A DNA stretch of 64,000 nt from Eledone cirrhosa (Eukaryota), in NCBI GenBank assembly GCA_964016885.1, contig OZ024743.1:315022001-315086000 (forward strand), written 5' to 3'. Position 1 is the first letter of the stretch, and each line of letters begins with the position of its first letter. Below are positions 47,180 to 63,896 of the stretch, piece by piece. The notes under the pieces were generated by a model. That model was given only the letters and a program-made list of their open reading frames with translations. It was not told where the DNA came from and did no database searches. A program made the translations under genes and the position numbers.

Positions 47180-47438
47180 ACACGGATGTGTATGATTGTG
47201 TATAGAAGATTATATTAATAAATGGAATTCCAACTTTGTCTGATTTACTCGTTTTATTTACAATCCTTTAACATTTATATTGGTATTAGAATGAAATAGT
47301 ATGGTATAATATTAAATGTTAAGTGTTAATTGAGCAAGTACTTTCATGCTTTCGCAATCTTCAGGTTCAGATTTCATTATAAATGTTAAAGGATTGTAAT
47401 TAAAACGAGTAAATCAGACAAAGTTGGAATTCCTTTTA

Positions 47439-47445
<7 letters not shown>
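47180..47445. mobile_element. Short PLE-type hairpin with hammerhead in the spacer
   Basis: Arms 47211-47279 and 47378-47445; tail ~47180-47210. Confidence 0.8.
47331..47369 (-). ncRNA. Minimal type I hammerhead
   Basis: TGAAC-CTGAAGA-T TGC GAAA GCA T-GAA-AGTACT-T-GCTCA; GNRA loop and palindromic stem III. Confidence 0.8.
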
Positions 47446-47526
<81 letters not shown>

Positions 47527-47625
47527 GTATCAGCAAGATAGAATATGAAACTGGTTCTTACCTTTATCATGCTGTGCATCGTCATTTTATATATACACAT
47601 TCATTCATACACGCACTCACTCACA

Positions 47626-47656
<31 letters not shown>

Positions 47657-47670
47657 GCACACGCACACGC

Positions 47671-47731
<61 letters not shown>

Positions 47732-48035
47732 AACTATATAGGCAAAATTAAATAAAAACATCAAAATATTTTTTGTCATTGCAATAAACTTCAAATTTAA
47801 AATATTCTAGATCTTTCCCTTCCTCATGGTCCATTAACTCTAATGTCAGGTCAAATAACTCTAAAACCTGACCATCAAATATAGATTCCTTGTTATTGTG
47901 CATTTTGTCTTGAATGTCATATATTCAATAACCCGAGTAAAAAAGAAATAGATGGTTTTCTTTCAATCCATGAAAAATTCAATGCATATTGATTATGCAC
48001 ACACATACAAGCATGTACAAATACCCACGCACACA

Positions 48036-48070
<35 letters not shown>

Positions 48071-48076
<6 letters not shown>

Positions 48077-48145
48077 TAAAATAACAGATTAAAGTTTAAG
48101 CAAAGAATCTGTGGATTTTAGTCATCAAATTTATTATTATTACTA
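48071..48145. mobile_element. 75-bp mini-insertion made of the two termini of PLE family 2
   Basis: Inverted pLTR end joined to the tail end. Confidence 0.75.
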
Positions 48146-48197
48146 TATATATATATATATATGTATATATATAGATATATGTATATATTTATATATG

Positions 48198-48289
<92 letters not shown>

Positions 48290-48291
48290 GT

Positions 48292-48408
48292 AATTGTTTC
48301 TACTTTAGGCACAAGGCCAGCAATTACCCAGTACATTACTGGTACTTTATTTTATCGACCCCGTAAGGATGAAAGGCAAAGTCAACCTCGGCGGGATTTG
48401 AACTCAGA
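48292..48408 (-). mobile_element. 5'-truncated family A SINE with TSD (tatacatagtaat)
   Basis: Body matches 50893-51010; tatacatagtaat occurs on both sides. Confidence 0.8.
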
Positions 48409-48416
48409 TATATACA

Positions 48417-49742
<1,326 letters not shown>

Positions 49743-50050
49743 GTTCAATATATCACTGAAAAATCAATATTAAATTGAATCAAAGCTGCCCATTAATATG
49801 AGGCTCTAATAATATGGATAAAATTTGATAAGAGCCGTAATTGCAAGGAATCCTTTGAAAAGAGATATTAAAATTGCATATGTAAAAGAATGTAAATGGA
49901 ATATTATCAGAAGGTTAAATGGTCTTCATCTTTGTAGAGAATTTCAAAGACTTCTGAATGTGAGGTGTTGTTAACTTAAACATTTGCAATGATAACTACA
50001 CATATACATTTGTGTGTATGTATTTTTGCGTGTATGTATGCATGTATATG

Positions 50051-50347
50051 TGTAAATATCATCTTGGTTAAGAGAGTGGGACTGGCTTTGTGCAGTGCCT
50101 TTGTTCAATATAAAAGCTTCACGGCACAGGCATTGCTTTATATCTGGAGATCTCTCTGCACTTGTCATTACATGGTACCATGGGCCCAGCACTATGTGTC
50201 AATAATTGTCACAAGTGTAGCGTTTGTACCAGAGTTTTCAAGTCGCTGGCTGGGCTAAAAAGTCACACTCGTTCAGTGCATCGGTAGAGATTCTCCTACA
50301 TGGATATAAAGTAGTGGCCGTACTCGAAAACGAGTTGGCAGCCACCA
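50051..50347 (-). mobile_element. Probable solo LTR (Gypsy-like)
   Basis: Minus strand TGGTGG...TTTACA (TG..CA ends), TATA-like GATATAAAG, 4-bp TSD TATG on both sides; second copy at 22158-22451. Confidence 0.6.
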
Positions 50348-50889
50348 TATGTACATGTATGCATTTAAGTTTCTACGTATGTATGTAATGATGTATCGCT
50401 GGTTGGTTGCTATGTATATGCAAATGAATGTATGTATATATCTATAACCTGAGATTCCACCAACCAAAAACTAAACCAAATGACCATTTTATAACATGGG
50501 TCGTCATAATGCCACCTATGATGCACTCACTAACGATCTCTCATATGTCGAGTGGAATTTCACAGAAGCACACATCTCCACCCAAATCAAAACTTCCTGG
50601 AAGTTATTTGTAGACACTGTTTCATATATATATTCAAAACATACCGCATTCAAAACTAAGTAATCAGAAACATTAAAAAAACAAACAAAAATATCAAGAA
50701 TCTAAAATACTACCAGAAGCAACACACATATTCGATTCCTATGCTCGAATAAATATAATCTCCACAACAATGCACGAATTCATCATCAATGACCAAAGAT
50801 CAGCTGAGGAGAAATGGCCCATTGAGAAAATCAAACTCAATACCAAAGTGTTCTTTATATTTGCGAAAACACACAAGGTCACTCTCCAA

Positions 50890-51071
50890 GATAATTGTTT
50901 CTACTTTTGGCACAAGGCCAGCAATTATCGCAGTGCATTACTGGTACTTTATTTTATCGACCCCGTAAGGATGAAAGGCAAAGTTAACCTCGGCGGGATT
51001 TGAACTCAGACCGAAAAGGGACGTAACTATGCTACAAAGCTTCGTTCCGACTCTCTACCGATACTGCCAAT
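50890..51071 (-). mobile_element. Family A SINE with 13-bp TSD (tctccaagataat)
   Basis: TSD at 50883-50895 and 51072-51084. Confidence 0.88.
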
Positions 51072-51446
51072 TCTCCAAGATAATGCTAAGACCATAGGTG
51101 TGATACTGCAGAAAGAATACTGCTCTGTTTTCAAAAATCATTATATTGCTGTTCTGGGCTGTATCAGTGATGTTAATCCTCAACAGTAGTGTGTTGAGGA
51201 TTAACGTTTGGCACCACTGATGTCTTGGAAGCAATAAACTATAAGTTACCTGCTAGTGTCCTGAACATTTGACGACACCAATTACATCTCATCTACCTAA
51301 TCTGAGGAGAAGCTCAATGGACGCTGACTATATAACTGAAAACCAAGTCCCTTGTGGTGATTTACTCTCCGATGTCATTCACCTTTCATATCATTAAGGT
51401 ATTGGGAGGGTGGAGAGATCACTTTCTTGAAAGCAACAATCTGCTG

Positions 51447-51521
51447 AATTCCTTAATGGCAGCGACTGCCTAATTCTGAAATGGCAGGGACTGCCTAATT
51501 CCGTAATGACAGGGACTGCTC
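51447..51521. repeat. 3 x 25-bp minisatellite
   Basis: aattcc.taatggcagggactgcct-like units. Confidence 0.85.
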
Positions 51522-52986
51522 AGAGCAGTCCCTGTATCAATTTAATGACATTTTAATAGACTTAGCATAGGAATCCAGCAATGATGTCATCTATCTTGAT
51601 GTCAACAAGACCTTTAACAGAGTTGATCACTTGTATATAAACGTGGCTCATACAAAACGTGGATTTCATACATCATAGCTTACATACAACGCGATAATAG
51701 AGATTGGTTGTTTTTGTCTCCCACATTTCCCCCAAATCAATCCTGAACCAGTATTTCTATAATTAAAGGCGTTCTTGTTAACATCATCATGTATTTCGTT
51801 TTTGTTTAATTTTTTACACAGTGTGCCTGAGAAGACGTTATCTAATATGAACTTCGCATTTTTATAACAGGGCGTTAGTGTTTAAATGGATGCTGTCACT
51901 ATTTCGTATATCAATTTTTAGAAGCTCCTTCATGTCCTTATGATGTTGCTTAGCTCAAGGCAACTTCTATTCAGGTAGACTATTATTCAAAACCGTTAAA
52001 ACCGTTCTCTTTAAAAGCATACCATATCCTCTAATGCTCCTTTCCGATGTACTGTATTTAGATTTCTCTTCAATCAAAAGGGTATAATGTATGTGAGAGT
52101 GACGTGGATATTGCTTCTAGTACGTCAAACAATCACGTAGGGATTGTCTTGTCTTACCTAACATATAAACTACCTGTTAGATGTGACGACCTTTTTACCA
52201 TATTTGCGGGAATGTTGTTAGCACAATCTGTAATCATATATGTAATTCCATTATGATTTGCTACATGTTTACCCTAGTAATTCCTTATGTTCTAAGTTTA
52301 ACTGATCTTCTTTGCAAGGATGTCCCATTAAATGGCAGGTTATTATTAATAACTTGTGAAAATGTTTGTGGTTTATAATACTTTTATAAGTATTTCATGT
52401 TTCACAAAATGTATCTGTCTACTTTATACAACTTTGTCCAGCCTTTTATGTATTGTAACTTCTACGTTTACCATATTCTGGGCAATCTCTTTTGGCTAAT
52501 AAAGAAATCATTATCTTTATCATTACAAAGATTTGGCATTTGTGCTTACGTTAGCAGCCATTGTTAAATGGATGACATTGTTTATCATTGTTGAATCATG
52601 AACCTGTCACTGTACATGGAATTTACGGTCTCTCATAAAAATTGTTTTTGATTCGGTCAATGCCTGTTTAAACAGCTGTCGCCGGATTCTTCTTATCTAA
52701 GAGTTTGCGAGATTTTGCTCAAAACCTTCTCTGTGTCCAGGTCTAGCACATACATATGAATGTGGGAACAAACATTGAGTTGATCAAGCAGGGAGTTCTC
52801 TCCATACATATATTTGGGTTATATTTGAAAGGTTATATCTGGTAGGTGACTTGTGTTTACCGTCTTGACACGCTTCTCTGTTTCTCTGCAAGAAGATAGA
52901 GAAGCTTTATTAGAATACATTTGAGGGAGAATAAATATAATAATCTACAGTAGTAGAGATGGGTAAATATAGGAGTTAGCAATAAG

Positions 52987-53263
52987 TGACGGCGTGTGAC
53001 CTAGCGGTACAACTGGTGAACGTTCAGTAATAATGTCATGTGTTCGATTCCAGAACTAGGTTGTGTGTTGTGTTCTTGAGCGAAACACTTCATTTCTCAT
53101 TCCTCTAGTATACACAGCTGAAAATGAGTAGCAACAATATCTAGGGTGTTAACCCTGTGACAAACTGGCGTCCTGTCCATGAGAGAGTCTTGCGGTTCAT
53201 GCAACGCAAACTGGGATGCTCATGGGCATGGTGAGCCTGCCGGCTCGAGACAGACATTAACTT
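52987..53263 (+). mobile_element. tRNA-derived SINE (family B-like)
   Basis: ggcgtgtgacctagcggt, gttcgattcc, tgtgttcttgagcgaaacactt, ccctgtgacaaactggcgtcctgtcca. Confidence 0.7.
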
Positions 53264-53351
53264 AACAGTGCGAAGGCTGGCTATGAGGGAATGATTCTAA
53301 AGCTGTAAATCTTGCAAGCATTAATTTCAACACTTATTAATAACGCCATTG

Positions 53352-53720
53352 TTTAATCAGGTCTATGCTCCAGCACACAAGTCTTTGGTTTCAATGGCCT
53401 CTGTGCGTGACTGTGGCTTTAAACTGGTTGACTATCCTCCCTATTCTACTGATGTGGACCAGTCTAATTATCATGTATCCCAGTTACAAGAAAGTACACT
53501 TAGCTGGGAACTAGTAGCGTAGTGATTATGACGTCATATATGTTGGTGATGACTTTTTGTTGAAAGCTTCTTTCCCTATACCCTATAGAATCTAAGCACT
53601 GCAACACAGATGGAAGAAGTGTGAGGAACGCAGGGGTGACTATGTAGATATATACCCCATTTGCTCACCTTCCATGAGAGTATCTTGGTAGGCCAATGAA
53701 TCTTTGTGCAGACCCTAGCA
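53352..53720 (+). mobile_element. Mariner (DD34D) transposase C-terminal remnant
   Basis: QVYAPAHKSLVSMASVRDCGFKLVDYPPYSTDVDQSNYH (compare DNAPAH...HPPYSPDLAPSDY); ends ALQHRWKKCEERRGDYV. Confidence 0.85.
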
Positions 53721-53789
53721 GGAAGAGTTTACGAGATAAGTAGGTTGAAAATAATTTCTATTTGTTGTACATCCTATGACTAAACAGAT

Positions 53790-54620
53790 GATGATGATAG
53801 CCTGGTAATGGGACATGTGAAGATCAGAACGATGGTTACAGTAGTGCTAATGATGGGAATGATGATGATATTGGAGATGATGAAAAAGGTAATGATGATG
53901 AGGATGATGGATATAAAGGGTATGATGTCGATGGTGATTGTCGCTTGATGCTGCTGATCTGGTTAAAATATCGATGATGATGATGATGATGATGATAATA
54001 ATAATATAAACAAGATAGCATAATGATCACAATGATAAATCAGATGAAATAATCATCGATTTTGTTGCAGATAATATGGTAATGATGGTCATTATCATGA
54101 TGATAAATGGTGTGATGATGATGATGACGATGATGATGATGACGATGATGATGATGATGATGATGATGCCGATGATGATGATGATGATGATGATGATGGT
54201 GTTGGTGGTGGCTGTAATGGGTATAATGATAGCGGCAGTGGTGTTGGTTGTGGTGGTGGTCATATTGGTAATGTCGGCGGTGGTGGTGGTAGTTGTGGTA
54301 ACGTTGTTGATGATATCGTGTTGGTGATGGTGTTGGTGGTAGTGTTATCGTCGGGGGGGGGGGGGTGATAGACATGATAGGGAGGACGGTGTTTATGGTT
54401 GTGGTGAATGCTATGGTGATGGTGATCTACATATTAACAGTTGTTATGATGCTGAAGATAATCGGCTGTGATGATGATGATGATGATGATGAAGATGATG
54501 ATGATGATGATGGTGATGATGGTGGTTGTAGAATATGTTGTAGTGAGGACCATTGCTGTTGTTGATCATGATGGCAATGATTATTATGGTGATGTTGATG
54601 ATGATGACGAAGATTCTACC
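53790..54620. repeat. (ATG)n/(GGT)n low-complexity tract
   Basis: Direct reading. Confidence 0.9.
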
Positions 54621-54959
54621 GTCGTTTATAATGTTATGTTGTTGTTGATTATAAAACATTCTATGTACGAGGAATATGATGGTAGAAAATGTGGAGAACG
54701 TGTGGGAGGATAGTTAAAGAGGAAGATGAGGTGAGAGTGTAGTTGAAGAGAATGATGCGTTGAGAGGGTAGTGAAATGGAGGGTTAGGTAGAGGAGAAGG
54801 AGTAAGAGATAGACATTACATTGGCGGGAATAATTGAGGAGGTAGTTAACAATTAGATAAATTTGTTCGTCGGTAGTTGAATATGCATTTGGTATAGGAT
54901 AACACGTGGAGATGCACACACTGACTCAATCTAGCTAACACTAATGCAGATAGTTACAT

Positions 54960-55008
54960 TAGTAAATAGATAAATAGATAGATAGTTAGACATACACATA
55001 GATGGATG

Positions 55009-55075
<67 letters not shown>

Positions 55076-55150
55076 TGAGAAAAGATAGCTAGTAAGATTA
55101 TAGATGGATGGATGGATGGATAAAGAGGTGGATGCGTAGATAGATAGATA
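54960..55150. repeat. (GATA)n microsatellite
   Basis: Direct reading. Confidence 0.9.
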
Positions 55151-55392
55151 TAAATAAACAGTCATATTATATATATTATATATATATATAAGGCGATAGG
55201 TTAGATAGATGGATAGGTAGATTGGTATGTAGGTAGATAAATAGATATGTTAAACATTATATATATAACTGGCCAGTTAAATACATAAGATAAACAGGCA
55301 GATACGTAGAAAAGATAGATATATAGATTAACATATATGTTTGTAGATGGATAGACAGACACAGGCAGGCAGATATCTATATATAATATATA

Positions 55393-55457
<65 letters not shown>

Positions 55458-55461
55458 TATA

Positions 55462-55550
55462 TAGTAATAATAATAAAATTGAGACTAAAATCCAGAGAGG
55501 GTGAAAGCAGCGATTCTTTGCTTAAACTTTAATCTGTTATTTTAATAAAT
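55462..55550. mobile_element. ~90-bp family 2 mini-insertion (tail end inverted + pLTR end)
   Basis: Joined at an AGGG microhomology. Confidence 0.8.
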
Positions 55551-55567
55551 ATAAATATATATATATA

Positions 55568-55667
<100 letters not shown>

Positions 55668-55682
55668 TATATATATATAAAT

Positions 55683-55729
<47 letters not shown>

Positions 55730-55798
55730 TATTATATATATATATATATATAAATATATATATATATAAATATATATATATATTTATATATATATATT

Positions 55799-55831
<33 letters not shown>

Positions 55832-55833
55832 AT

Positions 55834-56106
<273 letters not shown>

Positions 56107-56167
56107 TATATATATATATATATTTATAAATATATATATATATATATTTATAAATATATATATATTA

Positions 56168-56207
<40 letters not shown>

Positions 56208-56228
56208 TATATATATATATATTTATAA

Positions 56229-56301
<73 letters not shown>

Positions 56302-56361
56302 TATATATATATATAAATAAATATATATATATATATATATATAAATATATATATAATATAT

Positions 56362-56394
<33 letters not shown>

Positions 56395-56399
56395 TTATA

Positions 56400-56456
<57 letters not shown>

Positions 56457-56476
56457 ATATTTATAAATATATATAT

Positions 56477-56515
<39 letters not shown>

Positions 56516-56520
56516 ATAAT

Positions 56521-56738
56521 AGGAACGATCGACTTTCGTCAAATCGGACCGAGGGAACAATGTTTCCGTTGGTCTTTCCAATTGCTAATACTATCTATCG
56601 GTCGCAACTCAGGTAGAAGGAGCAACGTGAAATAAAGTGTCTTGCTCAAGACATAACGCATCGCCTGGTCCAGGAATCGAACTCATAACCTTACGATTGT
56701 GAATCCAATTCTCTAACCTTTCAGCCACACGCCTTCAC
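56521..56738 (-). mobile_element. Family B SINE
   Basis: Close copy of 19230-19432. Confidence 0.85.
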
Positions 56739-57501
<763 letters not shown>

Positions 57502-57931
57502 GTGGATAGGAATGTAGGTTGGTAGATAGCTAGTTAGATAGATAGATATGTGAAAAATTACATATAACCGGCCAGTTAAATAGATAGACAGACAGACTGC
57601 CAGACGGAGAGACGGGCGGACAAGCAATCCATCCGTACATCAATCAGCGAATAAGTGGAAAGTGGGAAAATAAAGTAGAAATCAATGAATGAAGAGTAGA
57701 GTGAAGCTGAAAGAGTTTAGTAAGTAATAAGTATCAGTATGAGGGTATAATTGCACTAACCTATATATGACCGATATAGAACTGGTTCAATAGCAATTTA
57801 GTTATAAAGCCGACAGATATTAATTACAACAGGCATCTATTGATGGAAGGTCACATAGACCTTAGCATTTCTAGCTATACTGTGAGCTGGCTTAGGAAGC
57901 ATGTGATTTATTGCGTTTATATAACCTTGTG

Positions 57932-57968
<37 letters not shown>

Positions 57969-60900
57969 GACACTAAATAGAGCCCTTTAAAATATGATAA
58001 ACTAATGGAAAATTAGAATCTTTGGTGGATTGTAAGGAGGTACGACGTTTATGGGTTTGCGGACAGCTGTAATATACGAGGTAAGTTATCTTATGAAATG
58101 TGAGAAGCCATCATTTATATCGATTTTTAGATGCCTCTCTTTCTTTCACCGTCTTACTTATCCTCATGATCATCGTCATCACCATCATCATCATCATCGC
58201 ATACATCATAGTCATCATCGTCATCACCGTCTATAGACTACAATTTCTACTTTAGTCGGTCTCAATGACTGACACATCCCATAACTATTGCCGTAAGTAC
58301 ACTATCGGTCACGGCAACAGGTTTAACCCTTCATTCATTTGTTCTCAGGCGATGGCATGACTGACTAGCCACTGTGAGTGATGTCTCAAAACTTCATCCT
58401 GTCTCAGTAATATCATCTTTCTCAAATATGGGATTGTTCTCGGAAGAGTCTGCATAGCTACATTCTGCATCCAGAAATGTGAGAATATTTTTATATATGA
58501 TTATTAAGATACAGAAGTAAGGAAATGCAAAGCTTAGAAACAAATTACTGTTTCAGGAAGAAGTCTTAATTTGCAATGATATGACATTTTCGTTTCCATT
58601 TTACTACAGCAATACAGTTTTTTAATTACTTAGTAAACGATTTGGAGGGGTTTTGGTCTATTATTAATTATTTAGTTATTAATATATTTGTGTCGTAACT
58701 AAACAAGAGGCGCTATATGAAATTATGTTTAATTTAAGTACGAACCCCATCACATAGGGGGGCGGGTCATAGACGAGATGATTGACAATATAATTTAACA
58801 GATTGTTCTTAAATAAAATGATGTTGGAAGGCGTTAATTTAGATAAAGACCCGTTACAGTGAGTAGCTTTGTTTAATAGATGCAGAGCAAGGGGAACGGT
58901 ATTAGCGTTGTAAAGTTAGGGAGAAGGAATTGTAAGGATACAATCAAGAAATGCGTTACAGAAGATTATATTAATTCGTCATAATATGACCTTGACATAT
59001 AACAAAAAGGAACAGAATAAATGGAAAATGGACAAGACATTATATAGATACAAACATGAAGAATGATTCGCGAAATAATCTGAATTCTTAAGGATATGAA
59101 AGCAAGGACAATACGCCAGATGCAATTATTGTATGCAAAACAATAAAGGAAGTGGTGCAGATAACCGCCATTTCATCGAATCTCAACCGAGCTTCCGATC
59201 AAATCAAAGATTTCGCAACAGGATCCCTGATTGTTGATACATATCCTTTAAATTAATCGTAGTAATATCTTGTTGACATACACTAGTATAATACAGAATA
59301 GAGGGAAAGGCATTGTATATATACAAACAAAGAGACTGCCTTAGAATAGATTATCCATCAATTAGGATATGTTGAAATACGTTACCAGGAATAGGAGAGT
59401 GTGGGGAACATTATATGGAAATACCCATGGAGATTGTTTCAGAAGAGAATTTCATGTCGTAATATATGTTGAGAGGCATTGAATAGATGGAGACGTTTAT
59501 ACATTGTATAGAATCAATGGTTTTCGAAAGAGAAATTAATTCGTAATAATATGTAGATTATATGTTAGTAAGGTAGAGTGGAAGAGAAAGCATTGATTGG
59601 GAATATACAAGGAGACTATTGCGGAAGACAACCTGAAATACTAATAATACGTTAAAGCAAGTTAACAAGAAATAAAAAAGACAAGATATTCGTTAGAATT
59701 TAAGAAACAATTTCAGAAAAGAAACTTTATTATAAATGATATGCTGAAATGTATTATCAAGGAAAAGAAGGAGGGTAATGTATTGTTTAGAAAGAGGCAA
59801 GGAAAGTGTTTTAGAAACAATATCTCTTTGTAATGATATGTTGAATTCCATTAACAAGGAACAGAAGAAAAAAAACATACTTTAGAAATAGCATTTGATA
59901 TTCTTTCACCAGACAATTTTCGTAAACAGGAACATTCAGTGTACATTTTGAAAGATGCAATTACATCATTGAAGAGTTATTTTAGCCATTCATTAAAATA
60001 GAGAAACGATTATATTCACATTTATAATTTATTTCGTAGACCCCACATTTCCGTCGCAATCTTAACAACCTGGTCACGGAGAGAGTTCAACTACAACAGT
60101 TTTGAATGACTTTGCACAAGTATATTGTTGTTGCTTTCATTGTTGTTGATGTTGATGTTGATTGGTTATTATTAGAGTTGATACCCCTTTTCTTTTCGTC
60201 CTTACCATGGTTGTTGTTTCTACTGCTTCTGCCGTTTATGTTTGCGCTTGCCACTGTTTAGATCCATGTCAAGCATGATTGTGCAGTAACTCATTCATGG
60301 ATCAGATATGTCGTCGTTTTCTTTATCAAAGACGATAATGACTAATACTCGAAATTCCTCTTCAAATGGACAACGATTTAACGGATTTCCGATTTAACTC
60401 GCCACGTAAGAGCACAATAGTGTACTAACACTATAGTAAGATACGCTGCAACTAGACTGATTTTTGTAGCAGTATGCTATTTGAAGCCTATGACAATGCA
60501 AAGTGGGTGGTAGGTTTCGGAATTTATTGAAGACCACAAGGTTATTGGTGTCACATTTTATAAAATGAGAGGTGATACACTAACACCTTTGTTGCCTTCA
60601 GTTTATTCCCAGATCTCCAGTCCATTTTGCACTGTCGTAGACTTCAAATAACATACTGGTTTATTCATACACATAATGCTCCAAGCAATCATCAACACAC
60701 ACTTGTTCTTTTTTTTATTTCATTTAAGACTATAAAGTATGCTTTAAAAGAAATTTATTTGGAAATTCTACACGTTCAGTAACACGGACAGACAACCACT
60801 TTAACTTACACGAAGAAGATTTCCACATTGGCTCACGTGTAAGGAGCGCTTCAGTGTCTCACATATACGGAGACCATCATCCGCACACCTAGAAAATAGT

Positions 60901-61320
60901 CATTGAAGCAGACAGAGAAACCTAAATAAAATACTTCATACGAAGGTTGATTTAGATATTTCAAGGGAAATTATTCTACAAAAAACATCATACTATATAT
61001 TATATATTTAATACCTAACATTGATATATTACATATGTTATATAAAAAAGAGGTGTATGTATGTGTGACTATAATACGTTTTACTCTATGTTACATTGCA
61101 TTGTATTCATATTGGAAAAACTATACAAAACATTTCAGATGAAACATATATATTTATTTATATGTTTGATAGATGAGACAATCTAAGAAATATAATAAAT
61201 ATGGCATTCCATTTCTCTCTGGCTCCTCCAGCATACCATTAACTAATATCTAACAAATTTAAATGTGTACACAACTGAAAAATGTCACAGAATCGTGTAT
61301 ATCCAAATATATATACGTTT

Positions 61321-61377
<57 letters not shown>

Positions 61378-61437
61378 GTGTGTGTCTGTGTGTGGGTGCG
61401 TGTATATATATATACAGGTATATATATATATATATAT

Positions 61438-61744
61438 GAACAATGGCGTGGTGTTTTGTTGCGAGTGTGATACATATGAATGAAAATACACCGAGAAACG
61501 GGACTGTCCATCTTCAGTGGTCCTACTGACTATCATTGGTATTTCTTCACATTAAAGACCAGATACCTCAAAATCAGTGCGAGCAATAACTAAAAAAGTT
61601 ATTTCAGTTCTGTCCCAATAACTTATTTAAGTTATTACTTGCACTGATTTTAAGGTATCTGGTTTTTATGCGAAGAAATACCAATGAGAACAGCAGACCA
61701 CTGATGATGGACAGTCCCGTTTCTCGGTCTATTTTCATTCATAT
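61438..61744. mobile_element. PLE-type hairpin with tail and half-hammerhead motif
   Basis: Arms ~61474-61605 and ~61618-61744; tail 61438-61473. Confidence 0.75.
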
Positions 61745-61750
61745 ATATAT

Positions 61751-62174
61751 AAGCAAAAGGGATATTTAATTTGTTGGTAATTCAACAAATATATATGTTT
61801 ATAACTGATTCGAAGCACTCGACAGTTTTTGGTGGAGTAAAATATCAATGATATTAAATAAATGGAAACTATATTTATAAAACCATATTTATTCTATTAT
61901 ATATATTTCAAAGTACCAAAACTTTGGTACGCCCTCATCAGAATAAAATACAAAGTTTGTTTTATAAATATTGACATATCCAGGAAGAAGATCTTAACGG
62001 TTCAGGTTTTGCCTGAACTTGAACCGTTAAGATCTTCCTTGATATGTCAATATTTATAACTCAAACTTTGTATTTTATCTGATGAGAACGTTCCAAAGTT
62101 GTGGTACCATTGAGATATAATATAATAGAATAAATATGATTTTATAAATATAGTTTCCATTTATTTAATATCAT
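61751..62174. mobile_element. Hairpin of a family 1-related Hydra pLTR
   Basis: Arms ~61847-62003 and ~62019-62174, tail 61751-61846; hammerheads at 61890-61950 (-) and 62071-62132 (+, GAAA mutated to GAGA). Confidence 0.85.
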
Positions 62175-62723
62175 TTATATATATATATATATATATTTAT
62201 ATGTGCATGATGTATACATACGTACATATATATGTATATATATATATATGTAAATATATATATATATATATATATATGTACGTATGAATACAACATGCAC
62301 ATATATACGTAGAGATATGTATTTGTATTTCATACAAAAAATATATATAATTTTCCATTTCTTATTTTTCAGGTGAGTGGGAACAATGTGAAAAATACGT
62401 GAAAAGGAGGTAATGTAATTTTACAATTACCTCCCTCATAGCGATACTATTATATATTATGTATAGATTTATATATTATTTTACCTTCCTCTTTATATGT
62501 TTTCTGATACATTGTCTTTTGTTTTCACATAAGTATTTCTCTTACAGTTTCGGATATATGAGAGTAGAACGATGATGTGATACATATTTTATGAAGCTGT
62601 GAAGCTATAGCAGTGAAGTAATATACATAGACTTAAAAACGAAGGCCCTGGCCCTCGACTTGTTGCCATTGTTTCACAACTATAATATACATGTTTATGT
62701 ATATATATGTATATATATATATA

Positions 62724-62827
<104 letters not shown>

Positions 62828-62869
62828 GGTGTACATATATATATACGAACTGTTGGTTACGTGCATACG

Positions 62870-63412
<543 letters not shown>

Positions 63413-63473
63413 ATATCTATATATATTATATATATGGGTGTGTGGGTGTATATATATACATATATGTATATAA

Positions 63474-63506
<33 letters not shown>

Positions 63507-63556
63507 CTATATATAAATATATATACACATATATATATATATATATAAATATATAT

Positions 63557-63606
<50 letters not shown>

Positions 63607-63657
63607 ATATATATATATGTATATATGTGTATATATATATGTATATATATATGTATA

Positions 63658-63688
<31 letters not shown>

Positions 63689-63689
<1 letters not shown>

Positions 63690-63896
63690 TAACTAGAAGT
63701 TGATTGACATATATATATATCTAAAATAATCATATGAAACAATCACAGGGAATAATTTGTAAAAGTGTGTAAGCACACATACCCTATTTTTAAAGTTCTA
63801 GTTAAACTTTAATTCGTTACCTACCTGGCTCTGTGTGCTTACACTCTTTTACAAATCATTCCTGTGATTGTTTCATATCTTTATTTTAGATATATA
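63689..63896. mobile_element. Short PLE-type hairpin
   Basis: Arms ~63713-63779 and 63832-63896; short tail 63689-63710. Confidence 0.6.

Larger units (their letters stand above)
50500..51635 (+). pseudogene. Highly decayed CR1/L2-type LINE RT remnant
   Basis: DNAKTIGVILQKEYCSVF (~51079) and DVIYLDVNKTFNRVDH (~51583), compare DVIYLDFSKAFDKVDH. Confidence 0.55.

Noticed and set aside
54027-54713. Poly-Met, poly-His, poly-Asp and poly-Ile ORFs
   Set aside because: Frames of an (ATG)n microsatellite; no splice or domain context.
58900-60000. Purine-rich stretch that looks like decayed coding sequence
   Set aside because: No motif could be recognised by eye; a translated search would be needed.
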